This document shows positions 20,099 to 32,454 of a DNA stretch of 64,000 nucleotides, one piece after another. Position 1 is the stretch's first letter, and each line of letters opens with the position of its first letter. The stretch lies in assembly GCA_965644315.1 (NCBI GenBank), contig CBFFRQ010000089.1:124001-188000 (forward strand), in the 5' to 3' direction. The translations under genes were made by a program, and so were the position numbers. This stretch comes from Caecitellus pseudoparvulus (Eukaryota > Protista > Bigyra: Bicosoecida). The notes below the pieces were generated by a model, which made no database searches, was not told the origin of the DNA, and was given only the letters and a program-made list of their open reading frames with translations.

Positions 20099-23000
20099 TC
20101 AAACGGTGGCTTTTCTACCACTTTTCCGTCGCAAATGCTTGGAGCGCGACGCAGACACGCGGCGCGAGGCTCCGATCTGTTTCTTGTGCTCGCTCCTCAA
20201 AGCTCGCATTCGGTCCACGGACACCTGTGCTGCAGCAGCAGGTGTCAAGTGGGCTGTGGCCAACGCAGAGTGAGAAGGCGATGACACGTGTGCCTGCTGT
20301 GTTCGCTTCCCAGCACCTCGTCTGGCAGCTGGCTCTGGCCGCAGCAGGGGGTTGGACGTGATGAACTCATGGCGGCTCATGCGGGCGGCAGTCGATCCGA
20401 GAGTGCCTAAACTGTCATGGCGCTTGCCCACATGTTTGGCACGCGAGGTTGGCGAGGCAAGCTTTGCTTCCTTCTTCGTCTTGGGTTGTTCAGAAGCCAA
20501 GCTTGGCGGCTTGGACACTGCTCGCAGGAGAAAGCTCCCGCCGATGGAGAAACACTGGCCTGCCCGGCGGAACGCAGCGGAAATGCTGCCGAGAGCTGTG
20601 TGGGGGAACAACATGACCAGGCACATGACCACTGGAAGCCACAGCTGCAACCACAGCACCCAGTCCGCCGCAGCCAGTGAGCCACGCAGTGTGCTGGGGC
20701 GGAGACTGCCTTCCAGGTTCGCGTTGGGCGCTCCTGCGGCTGCGGCAGAGGAGGAGGACTCAGCGAACAGCATCACGCGCCAGACGTTGCTCACGTGGAT
20801 GGCGCCAGCGTGTACCAGCACTGCGATGACGATCACCCGCATAATCCAGGTCCGTGTATGCGCCTCTGCGTGCATGCGGTGCACCATCAACTGCTGTCGA
20901 AGGTCGCTCTTCTCCATACCGGGAGCTGCACTGGACGGCAAGCCGACCAAATGACCGACGGACCGCTGCTGGTCCACCGCCACATGCACGTTGTACGGCT
21001 CCAGGTACCCCAGCGCAAGCCACAGCAACGTGCAGGTGAGCATGGCGAGGTAGGCACGCAGCCAGACAGTGGCGGCGATGGCGGGCAGCAGGGCCAAGAA
21101 ACAGGATGCTGCGAACAGCACCATGTTCCACCACCACGTGCTGGGCTGGTGCCATCCCCACAGATACCCCCATGCTCGCCAGGCGAAGGACGGGGCGCTG
21201 GTGTGGCGTTCGCGAGCCATGCGCCCCTCTGCGATGAAGGCGCCTTCCTCCAGCCTGTTCGCGGTGCTATATAGCTTGGCCAGCATGAGAGGAGGACCAA
21301 GACACACAGCGATGATGAACAGTGCAGCCAAGGTGGACAGACCCACTCTCTGCCCGCCATCGATGGTGGAGAAATCAGACACCAGGCGAGACTCACCTGC
21401 ACGCCCTTGCACGACAGGGAGGATGGCGGTGGCCACAGCGTTCAGCGCAGGCGGCAGCGACATCCACAGTGCCAGCGGCAGCACACATGCAACTGTGCCC
21501 AGCACCGTGTTGAGCATGCTTTGTGAGCTGGAACCTGCCTGGGGCTGGAAAGTGTGCATCGCCACGCCGGCAAACGCTGCAGCTGTCGCAGCCACAGCCA
21601 AGACCACCAACGGGAACAGCAGCCCCACGTACAGGCGATTGAGCCCAATGCCAGACTGGCCCAAGGCACACACGAACTCGAAGCTGTTCGGGGACAGCAG
21701 AGACGGCGCACCCAACACAGCGGAAGAAAGTGTCAGAGCAGGCGAGGCATCCGTGCGCAGATCGCGGATGGCGCCGTTCAGCTGCAGGAAGATGAGCAGC
21801 GCCCAAGCTGCAAAGGCGCGCAGGGATGGGCTGATCCTGCTCCGCAGTGGCGCCAACATGCCTGCCACGGTGGAGTGGGCCAAGCCAGCCACAGTGCGCA
21901 CCGCGTCGGACGCCACCCAGTGCAGACCCAACACAGTGAAACGCAGACTGGACACGCTGGCCTCGTCTCCTCGGAGACGGCCTGTGCTGGTCGCGTGACC
22001 ACTCTTGCCTGTCAGCTTCACTTTCACAACGGCCAACTGCTCGCTACCTGCACGCCAGCCCACAACCACACACATGTACAGGCCCAGGGCGAAGAAGAAC
22101 GCAGCAGCGATGGTGAGGCCTTGCTGGGCAGCAGGAGGACACTGACGACAAGCGCCTCGCGTGCCAGATGCGGGGGGGTAGTGCTGCCAACCGGCACGAC
22201 AATGGCCGCACAGCTCGCTGGTCGGATCGTGTCCTTCCGCACACTGCGTGTTCTGCAACAAGGCGGAGGTGTTCCCGCCCACCTCACACGCGAAAGGGTT
22301 GGGACATGCCACTGCTGTGATGTCTTCAGCAGCCAGCCCCCCACGCGCCAAGCTGAACCCCGCATTTACTTGCACCTTGCCCCCCGCACAGGCCGTGTTC
22401 GCAGGACATGGCCCACACGCTCTGGCGCCATCCAGCGAGTACGTGCCTGCCACACACGGCACACACACGCCCTCCGCATCCACAGGCCGCAGAGTAGGCA
22501 GGGAGCTGAAGGTGCCCGCGGGACAAGGCAGGCAACGCAGCGATGCGGGGGTGACTTGGGCGCTCGCCAGACTTGGGTCCATGCCGAAGCCTGCCGCGCA
22601 CATGCAGCTGGTGCCGTTGGCCACACTGACACGCCCAACCCCTGAGCACAGCGCTGGCAGCACTTCCAGCGCCGCTGTGGAGGCCAGAGCCATGCAGGCA
22701 GTTGGCGGCGCGTCCCACCCTTCCGTGCTGTGCAGCACTGGCGAGGCCAAGTTGCTCCTTGGCGGCGGCACATCCACAGACGCCACGTGGAAGGTGAGGG
22801 CCAAGTCGCCTGGAGCAGTCGGAGCCACGAGCACCTCTACAGCGCCCGGCCTGCCTCCACTTGTCACAGCTTGCACTGCGGCTGGAGAAGCCTCCTGCAC
22901 CCAGGCTGGCACGCCACTGCCACCCGGGCACTCACCACCCTGAAGCCTTCGGCCTCCAGCACCCCCACTTGCCCCGACACGCACGGCTTGCTTGGCTACA

Positions 23001-26000
23001 TCGCTGGACAGCGGGAAGCCCATGGCATCCACAATGTGCAGCACGCCCGCCACTGACGCGCTCTGCCGTGTGCCAGCGGCCACCTGCGCACCGTTGGACA
23101 GCATGACACTGGAGTCAAGTTCAATGGGTGCCAGCCGAGGATGGGCAGTGCTTGCTGCCGCACTGGCTGCTCCTGCGTCTGTGCTGACTTGGACGGGAAT
23201 GGTGTGCAACTCCTCAGCCCCCGTCACGAGATCGCGAGTGACCAGAGCAATCGTGCCGACATGACTCCCAAGGTGTGGCATGCTGTGCTGGTTGTAGTGC
23301 AGCGTCACGTGCAACGCCGCCTGTGCCCCTGGCTGCGTTGCTTCCGAGTCAAGGAACTCCACATCGCCAACACCCCGGGCCGCCTCGCCTTCCCAGAACA
23401 GCCGCTGCTCAGCCACGCCCCCGCCCGAGGCTGGCACAGGTACACTTGAGATGCCAATGGACGCCCACTGCAGAGGGCTGTGCTGGGAAGTCAAAGCCGC
23501 GAAGTCCGCACTGGCGTTGCGTGTTCCAGACGCACAGCTGGAGTTCTGACCTGACATTGCAAGGCTGGCACTGTCCACATCCAGCACAGCTGCTCGCTGC
23601 ACACGCATGGGCCCAGTGCCGAGGTTCGTCAAGTGCACGATGCCTTGGGCAAACACTGTGGGCTGGGGCGACGCCAGGCGGGGAGCTCGCAGGCCCTGGA
23701 TGACCCCGGAGCTGGGGCAGATGGACACCGCCGACACTAACAGTCGCACAGGCACAGGGGTCACCTCCCAGCCCAATGGTGCCCCAGCTGACTCCATGGC
23801 GATGGTCACAGTGGCTGAGTGGAGCCCGGCTCGCAGCCCAGCCACCAACGCCAGCAGCTGCAAGGAGCTGGTGCTGTGGGCGGGAACGGCAACCTGCACA
23901 CAAGCATGGCCAGTCTGCATGGAAGTGGGCAAGCGCTGGAGTTTGGCAGTGCTGCACGGCTGCGCAGCCGGGGGCAGCGTGAGCCAGCACAAATCGTGAG
24001 GTAGCAAGGCAAGCACCATACCGGAACTGGCGCCAGTGTTGGATACTGTGATGCTCATGGTGCTGATGCCACCGGGCACAACTGAGCTGGGGCGCAAGAA
24101 CTCAGTTATAGACTGGGGCGACACGCTGAGCTTGGGAAGGTGCACCTCAATGGTGACGGGGACGGAGTCAAGCGCAGTTCCAGCCGCATCGCCAATCCTT
24201 GACACAGTGAGGGCGAAGGAGAACACAGCAGACACGGCGTGTGACTCCAATACTGCTGGAAGCGACACCCGGGCTGTCAAGGCGACTTCCTGCACCTCGC
24301 CGTCCGTGCTCAGCAGCCCTGCGCTGCCGCCTGGTTGCACTGCCACACTTGGCAGCAAGGCGAGAGTCTCCGGCGCAATGCTGGTCAGTGCTACCTGCAC
24401 CTCGGATGGCATTGAGGAAACACACACTGGAGCCTCGGGGGTGCACGAAACGTACGCCTGGTCGATCACTGCGCTTCCAACCAGGCGAAGGGAAGCAGCC
24501 CATCTGGCTGAGGTTGCCCCGATGCGAAGAGTGAGAGACAGACTTGCGCTGGAGTTGGACGTATCTTGCAACACAACACGAGGAGGCTGACGGGGCAGGA
24601 AGAGTGCATGCCAGATGCTGTCGCTCTGCAGCTGCTCGTTCAGTGGCGCTGTGCTGGTGCTTGGCAGGGCAGTTGCTGAAGCGCTGCTTGTGGCAGCTGC
24701 AGATGTGGTGGGTGTGGCTGTGGTCTGAGAGGTGCTCGACTGGCTTGGGGAGGGAGTAGCCGTCGCTGTGGCAGACACGCTCGGTGTTGGCAGAGCGCTT
24801 GCGGTTTGGGTTCCAGTGCCTGTCGGGGAAGGGGTCGATGAAGCTGTTGAAGTAAGTGCTGAGGAAGGTGACTCCGTCGGGGTTGAGGAAGCTGTGGGGG
24901 TTTGAGGCGAAGAAGGAGAGTGCGAGGGTGTGTTGGAGGGAGTGGGTGTTCCGCTCACAGTGCCCGAGGGTGTGCTGGAGGCAGTCTGTGTCACTGTGCC
25001 AGACGGCGTGTTTGATGCCGTGGGAGACACCGTCCCTGATGGCGTGTTGGAGGCCGTCGGCGACACCGTACCAGACGGCGTGTTTGATGCGGTGGGAGAC
25101 ACCGTCCCTGATGGCGTGTTGGAGGCAGTCGGCGACAGTGTGCCAGACGGCGTGTTTGATGCAGTGGGGGACACCGTCCTTGATGGCGTGTTGGAGGCAG
25201 TCGGCGACACCGTACCAGACGGCGTGTTTGACGCTGTTTGGGTGCCTGATTGCGTCGGGGTTCCCGAGGGTGTGACAGAGGGTGACATGGAAGGCGTTGG
25301 GCACAAAATAGCATGCTGAGTCGGCTGTGGTGCTGGGTCCCACTTCACGTTCAGAGGAGCCGCGCCAGGACCAACAAGCTCTCCGCGAGAGGCCCGCGGT
25401 GCGTTGACAGGCATGCCAGTGCAGATTGCAGGATAAGCGTTCGAGCAAGGAACGGCCTCGACGACTCCCACACCAGCACGCACACATTGCTGCCCAGTGC
25501 CTGACCAAGACAGTGAAAGGTATGAGTCAAAGGCGTGCCTGACTTCATGTGTGCCTTCCCACGATACCGTGCGTGAGTCGGAGTCGAACGTGCCTGATGT
25601 CCAGTAGTTCATCATAACAGAGAACTGACGAAACCGCTCGGCATTCTGGACGTCTGCAGCGGTCCGCAATGAAACCAGTCGAAGGCCCATTGTCGCGCAT
25701 ACCTCAGCTTGCGCGTCATGCGTCCTTGGTGTCGATTCTGCTGAATAGCATTGCCCTGCAAACAGCACACTCTCCGGACAGAGAGGCGATGGGGGGAAGC
25801 TGAACAAGTAATGAGTACTGAAGGAGCAACTCTCTGACTTCAGTTTCCCGTCCGCCGTGAACAAAGCACACTCGTTGCCAACTATCCCAGGAGACGTGAC
25901 ACTTTCCCATGCCATCCATGGCTCCGGGGGGGTGCCACTGACCCAGCGCCAGCCATCTGGGTATGCGCCTGCATGCTCCCTGTTCAGCCCGATATGCACT

Positions 26001-29000
26001 GGGTCAGACGGACTTATAAAATCCAGCGCGTGAGTTGCTGATGATGCGGTATTCAAAACAGTCAGATCACCACCACTTTGCAGGGCGTACTCTCGAGCGA
26101 CGCTGACAGACTGCGAGCTGACGTTCTTTCGCATGCACAACCCGTTGTGCAGCGAGGCCGAGTCACTGCACGTCACAGCCGCCGAGAATGCGGGAAAGCT
26201 GCAAATCGCCTTGGAAAACAGTGTTGCGCTGGAGTGGCCAGCTACGGCACCATTTGTCTGGAGCTCTGCGAACACATGACTTAACAGCGGGCTGTTCGCA
26301 TCCCACCGAATCCGGCGCGGCATGCCTCCAGCTGCTTTGATCCACACACTCCATGGATTCTGCCGCGACAAGCCGACGAGAAATGGATCTCCTTGAGCAT
26401 AGGTACTATGTAGCCAATCTTGCTGCTGCAGGGTGTCCCAGGACGCCAAAGAGCCGCGTAAGCCGGGGTTGGTACAGTTCTTCGCCCAGGCAGAAGGGGG
26501 CGCAGGGAGGCCCGTCAACCCGAAAAAGCACTGACCTTGGTAGTGGAGCCCAGGGCAACGCGGCAAAGAGACGTTTGGCACATTGGCGAACGCCTGCTCG
26601 CAAACATACGCTGCGGAGTTGGTGGAAGAGGCGAGGGTGAAGTTGCCCGTCCCATCAGCAAGTAATTGTTCTGCGCCGCATGTGCCGCAAGAAGTGCTGG
26701 AAGCCAACCCCCATTGCATCGCGCACAGGTCTATGCCGGATGCTGGGTCAATGACTTGTCCCGCGAAGCAATTGGCGTTTGCCCACACTCCGCCTCGAGG
26801 AGCAAACCGTGCCCCCACAGCATTCATGATGCGGGCGATGGGCTCCGAGTGCACGTGCACCAGGGAGCCGTGAAGGTACCCTTCACATGTCACCCTGGCA
26901 GTGTTGGACGTAGCCTGGGCAGCAGTATAGCCGATCTCGTCCGGTGCGTTCCACGTGGAGGGGCGCCAGCATCGGCCCCAAACCGGGATGAAGCCTGGCG
27001 CGCACGCTTCGAACCAGTGGTCAAGGCTGGGGACCATGCACAGCGCGGGATGCTTGGCAGCTGGCGCGTCGAACCCGGACAACGGTACCTTCAAAGTGCT
27101 GCCGTTGCCTTGTGCAGGATTGAGACTATGTGCGGGTCCACTGGTTTGCGCTTCACCCGAGCCGCCTCCAGTCAGCCCGGGAATGTTTGCGTGTCCGATC
27201 CACACTTGCGACGTGGGCCCAGAAGCCGTGACGAACAGGTCGGCCAGCTCTTGCTCGTGACTTGGGGAGGCTACGCGCGCTAGCGTTCCACCCCGCACAA
27301 AGCACTCCCCCACAGCCTGGTAGTAGTCCAGTGGCTCTGGCACCAGCCCGTAGCAAAAGCCATCGTCCAGGCTGTCATACCCCTCGGGGCACGGCGGGTC
27401 CAGGTCGCGCTCACAGACGAACATGTGCCGCTCACAGCAGCGCTCATTTGTCACATTACCGTTGTTTCGGAACATGCTGACGCAGTTCCGATCTGCCCCT
27501 GGCATCTCAGCACCGAACCTCCATGGCATCCATTTCCGCGCGGCTTGCCCCCCCTGTGCCACCCACGGAGCCTGGGCGTGTGCGCGGTCGATGCCTATCC
27601 ACAATTGAGGATCAGGGGGAAAATGGCTCCCCAATAAAAGCTGCAAGAGGGAGTTTGCCGCCACATACGTTGGCGTCCAAAGTTGTGCGCCCATGTCCCT
27701 GCAGGTGGCTCGAGCCTCTTCCCAACTCACAGATCGCCACACAGGAAAGAACGCCGCATTGCGTGAAGGGATGAGGGATGGAAACATTGGTGCCTCGCAT
27801 AAAGGCTGGATGGAGGTGCCACATGAAGTCGGGATGAGCTCAGGCTCGTCCACATTGACGATGGCCAGCACGCAGTCTGCATCGTGGTCGTTGGCGTCCA
27901 CTCGTAGGTCCAGCTGGCCTGGGCGCCAGTCGCTGCCGTCATCCCACTGGAACCGACCTTCAGTGCGCATGTCAGAAAGCCCCACCCAGTATGCAAGACC
28001 AAGGGTTTGGTTGGCGAGAATGTGGCGCACGGCAGCTGCCTGGTCGGCCGATCTCACGACCGCGAGGCGGCTCCCTGTTCCCAGCGACTCGCACTCTTCT
28101 TGAGCCTGCTGGAACGTGAGGCCTGATGACGACACCCCATAGCACATGTTGGTAGTAAGGTCCTCTGCCAGACCAGGCGGGCAGTTGCCGGTTGGAGCCG
28201 TAGGCTGGGCGGGCGCCGGGCACTGCCCTGCGCCTGCTCCGGGGCGGGATGCAGGGGGACGGGGCATGGGTGGAAGGCTGCCTTGCCACGGCTCAGGCAC
28301 TGGCAGGATGGCGGGTCGCTCGCAAAGCACATGTCGCAGCTCTGCACAGTTGGCTACGCTCAGACTTCCAGACGTCATGAGCGTCGCACACCTCACAGTC
28401 GCTTCGTCGAACTGTGCGGACAGCTCCCAGGTCATGTGCTCCTGTTGAAGGGGGAGGTCAGCCCACACCGTGCCGTCCAGCCACACGAGCGTGCGCGAAC
28501 GGTCGGAGAGTAACTGTCCTCCCAGCCATGCTGGTGCACCCACGAGCATGTTGTACAATGTGTGCTGCTCCCAGAAGGAGGTCACAGAGGCCAGCTCGCC
28601 CCCTTCACCCGCACAGGACACCCGCGCGTCCGCAGCAGACATGGGGCTGGCACGCAGCCTGTAGCATCGGTCCTGGGCTTCATTCTTGTGGTTGTCCAGC
28701 AGCTTGAAGTGCGTCCAGTCTTGGGGGCAAGGGGATGATGCTCGCCGCTCGCATAGTGCTCGGCCCGTGGCCGAGCATGCATCAAGGTTGGCCAGGGTAC
28801 CGACGCTGTCGCGCTGAAAACACTTGTAGCCTGGGCTTCGGGTCGAGCCGGTGCCCCAGTTCGTGAACTGTACCACCTCGCCTGTCATTGAGACCACATT
28901 GTCTCGATCATCATCAGTGTCGCACAACGTGTCGGGCAGTCGGTGACACACTCGCCCGATGGTGTAGGTTCTTGGGAGCAGAGTGAGGGACTCCAATTCC

Positions 29001-31482
29001 GCCTCTGTGGACACAACTGCCACCGTGCCCGAGCCTGAAGAGGAGCACACTTCAGCGGCGCGCCAGTTTAATGCAGAATTCGGCGCCTCCTTGAAGCAGC
29101 TCGCGCCGAACTTGACAGCCCAGCCGCCCGAGCAGTCCAGCAGGCGAGCAGGGTATTTGGTGCAAACGACAGAGTCCACTGGGCTGGACTCAAAAGTGTC
29201 CTCAACACAAGGGCGAAAGTGCAGCGCGAGGGTGATGCCTTGCCCTGTCAGAATCAAACAAGTGGAGCTGGGGTCTGTCGGTGGTGGTGGGGGCGGCAAA
29301 TTTGGGAAGGGCAGAAAGGCGGCCGAGTCAGCTGGCTGCCCAGTTGCCAAGTACCAGTCCTGCTTGGCACGCACAGTGGACCGCAGGCCTAGCCTCAAGG
29401 CGCTCCCAAGGGCTGCTTCAAAAAAGGCCCGTGTTTGCCAGAAGCGAAGCTGGTCTACAGACGTTGGTGTGGCAATATGCCCGCCTTCATTCGCGCAATG
29501 ACTCACAGCCTGGGCCCAGGCCGAAGAACCCAAGACCTCGCGCTTGTAGCACTGACCATCAAAGTACATCCAACCAGCTCCACAGGCAACGGACGGCATG
29601 ACACTGCAGATGAACGGAAGGCTGACAGACGATGTCAGGAGCTGCAGGCGACTGGTGGCGAAGTTCAACGCCACTTCAGAGCCGTCAACCACTGAGGAGT
29701 TGCCGCAGAACAATGTTGAAGCCTCAGGGTAAGATGTGCACAACTCCACATTGGCCATGCCCCACCAGTACTTTGAGGAAACCCGTTCAACCCCTAACCA
29801 GGCAGCGAATGCCCCTGTCGACTGCAGCAAGGCAGCCGCGATGTCGTACATCACGGGTTCGTGCAACTCCACCAGGCCCTGCCCGCCAATGGAGGAGCAG
29901 GTGGACACTGCAGACAAGTAGTTGGCAGTGGTGACGTGTTCCAGCTGCGTGCTGGGGAACAGGCACTGCCCCAGCACCTGCAGCCAACCGGTGGGGCACA
30001 CGCTCCCTGGCAGGCGGGCCTGCCCGGCTGGCCGCTCGCAAATGAACTGCAGTTGTGTGCTGGCAGATGCAGGGCTGACCAGTTCGTATGTCATGGTGTG
30101 GTGCTGTACGGTGACTGCCAGGCCGGGATACGACGTCAGGCCAGCGAGGGTCAGGGGGACTTGCGACGCATCCCACAAGCGAATGTGGTTGGGATTCCCC
30201 TCCAACACGGCTGTGTGTACAGGGTCGGAGCCATTCGGCAAGAGCCACTCACCCACAGTGCTGACGGGGGAAGTCGCAGTGGGCGCCCACAGGCGGGCAC
30301 CCTCGTCATGGCATGCGGAAATTGCGCCAGCCCAAGGCGCTTCCTGGGGCATGAGGCGCACACAGGAGCCTGCAGCCGCAAGGTGCAGCCATCCAGCGGG
30401 GCAGATACCTGGGTGTGGCGAGATGCTAGGTCGCATGCACATGACATGGCGCTGCGTGCAGCAGTCCTCGTCGCTTGCGCCGGTGGGCGGCGTGGAAGCC
30501 AACGCAGCACAGCCGGTGCCGCTTGGAAGGTTTGGCTGGCCTGGCGCGAAGTATGCCTGGTCCCACGCCAAGCCTGCCACTGAGCGGAACTCGCCGCCTG
30601 TGTCCGGCAGCTCAGCGGACGCTGCAAGCCAGATGCTGGTGCCTGCAGGCACGGTGCTTTGAAGGCTGGTGATGCTGAGGCCAGGCTGGGGTTGGGGCAG
30701 CGTCATGCCGATTTCCGCACACGCATCGCTGGCCTCCGCCCACGTCATTTCGCCAGGCAGGGCCACGAGCAGGTCCGTGGAGAGGACGGTGTGCGGCATG
30801 ACGCAGAGCGGGTAGTGCTCCACGCCGTCGCACACTGAGCAGGGGGGCAGCGCAGAGGGGTGACTCGGTGCGTCGCAGCACAACATCCCCCGGCACGCAG
30901 CAAGGCACTCACCGTCGTTCTGAATGACGGGCTGGTTGGCTGGACCTGGCGTCCACATGCACCGCCGCACGTTGCTGGCGTTCACGGCCCAGTTGCCGCT
31001 GGCAGGGTACGTCCCGTCCACGGCAACGCCTGCCGGGTCTGTCCACTCTGTGAAACGCAGAGCGTGGACGCAGAGACATGGTGCGGCGGGTGGCATTGGG
31101 TCTCCAGGACTGCAGCGGTGCACGCACGTTGCCCGTCGAAAGTGTATCCAAGCCACACCCCATCAGGCTGAAAGGTGAACGGCTGCAGCACATTGGCGAG
31201 GCCAGCATACTCCTGAATGGTGGCCAGGCGTGCCTCGGGATGCAGCGTGGCACACTCCTCCTGGGCTGAGATGGCGTCCATGAGGCTGGGCCCCAGCGTA
31301 GCGCACACGCCGCCCACTGTCTCCCATCCTGGGCAGCCGCTGCGAACTGTGACGGGGGCCAAAGACCGGCCATGCAGCGGGGGAGAGGGGGGTGCAGCCC
31401 CCCCTCCTGGGTGCACTAGGGCAGCTGTCAGGATTATTAGCCAGCACACAGGATGTGGAGGGCGGGTGCGGGCAGGTGTCAT
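20099..31482 (-). CDS. Giant multi-C-type-lectin, mucin-stalk, multi-pass membrane protein (about 3.7k aa, 3 exons)
   Basis: Signal peptide MTPART...CWLIILTAALVHPGGG at 31482, with two short introns near the 5' end. It has about 14 CTLD-like units (CPxGW...CY...A...C...LA...W(L/V/I)G...ICE), an S/T/P stalk and beta-sandwich-like regions. These are followed by CPAGTFS/CVAGTYS ephrin-receptor-like Cys repeats and about 9 hydrophobic segments. Confidence 0.9.
24950..25237 (-). repeat. Coding 36-bp tandem repeat (TASNTPSGTVSP x about 8) with 72-bp higher-order period
   Basis: Units gccagacggcgtgtttgatg... alternate with ccctgatggcgtgttggagg... Confidence 0.9.
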
Positions 31483-32454
31483 TGTCGTGTGAGCCTGACG
31501 CACTGCACCAGCGCAAGCGCTTCGCAGTGCACCTGGCGCCATGGGGGGCGCTGGCTGAGTCCTGCCAAAGATGGTGTGCCTTGAGAGCCTTGCAGGACGT
31601 GGCTAGCTGTGTTTGTTCCCAGAGCACCAGCTTTGCGCTTCAAGGCGCGTAGTGGGGCTGCGCTGTGCTGGCTGCTGCTGCTGCTGGTGTCGCCTCGACT
31701 GCAGCGTTGTAGGGAAGTACGCTACACTCAACGTGGGCGAGTGCCACTGCGGTGGGGGGCGACAGAGTGGTTGTGACTGTAAGCTATGATGGAGTGGGTG
31801 GCATGCCTGTGCCACAGCGCGAGGCCCGGACGGCAGAACTGGCCAGGATGCGGGTGGCGGGTTGGAGCAGTAGCAGCGAGAGCGCAAGGCAAACTACGGC
31901 GAGCCGCGCGCGTGCGCAAGCACAGTCTCAGCAGCTTGAACTTGTCACCACGGTACAACATTCATAGCGCTACACCTGGGCTGCGTGCAGGACCAGGCAG
32001 ACACTGTGACTTACATTGGCGATAGGCGCAGGTTCCCTTGGGTGGTGCGGTTGCGCACCGACGATCAATCGCAGCACTCAATGCAAGCCCAGACGTGTGC
32101 GAGGTGCATTGCAGATGATTCTATCACATGTGGGCTATCAGGTGGCGTTCCTTCTGGTTTGGCTAGGAGCCTGAACTGCTGCGTAGGGTTGACGCCTCTT
32201 TCAGCCGCACGCTGCCATCGCATACACGGCGGGATCGCAGCGCTGGTGCAGCCCTGCGCACGAAGAGCCAGTCGAGGCGCCCCTTACGCTCGGGCATGGT
32301 CCATGCCACGCCAGCATGCGGGGTCTTCAGGCGCCAAGTGCGTCAGTGGCGGGTGCCCCGCGTGTGACTTAGCAAGGAGTGTTGAAACGCAGGCAAGCGT
32401 ACATTCACGGCAGCCCTGTGGAGGACGCAGCCGGTGTTCGTATCATCAAGGGCA

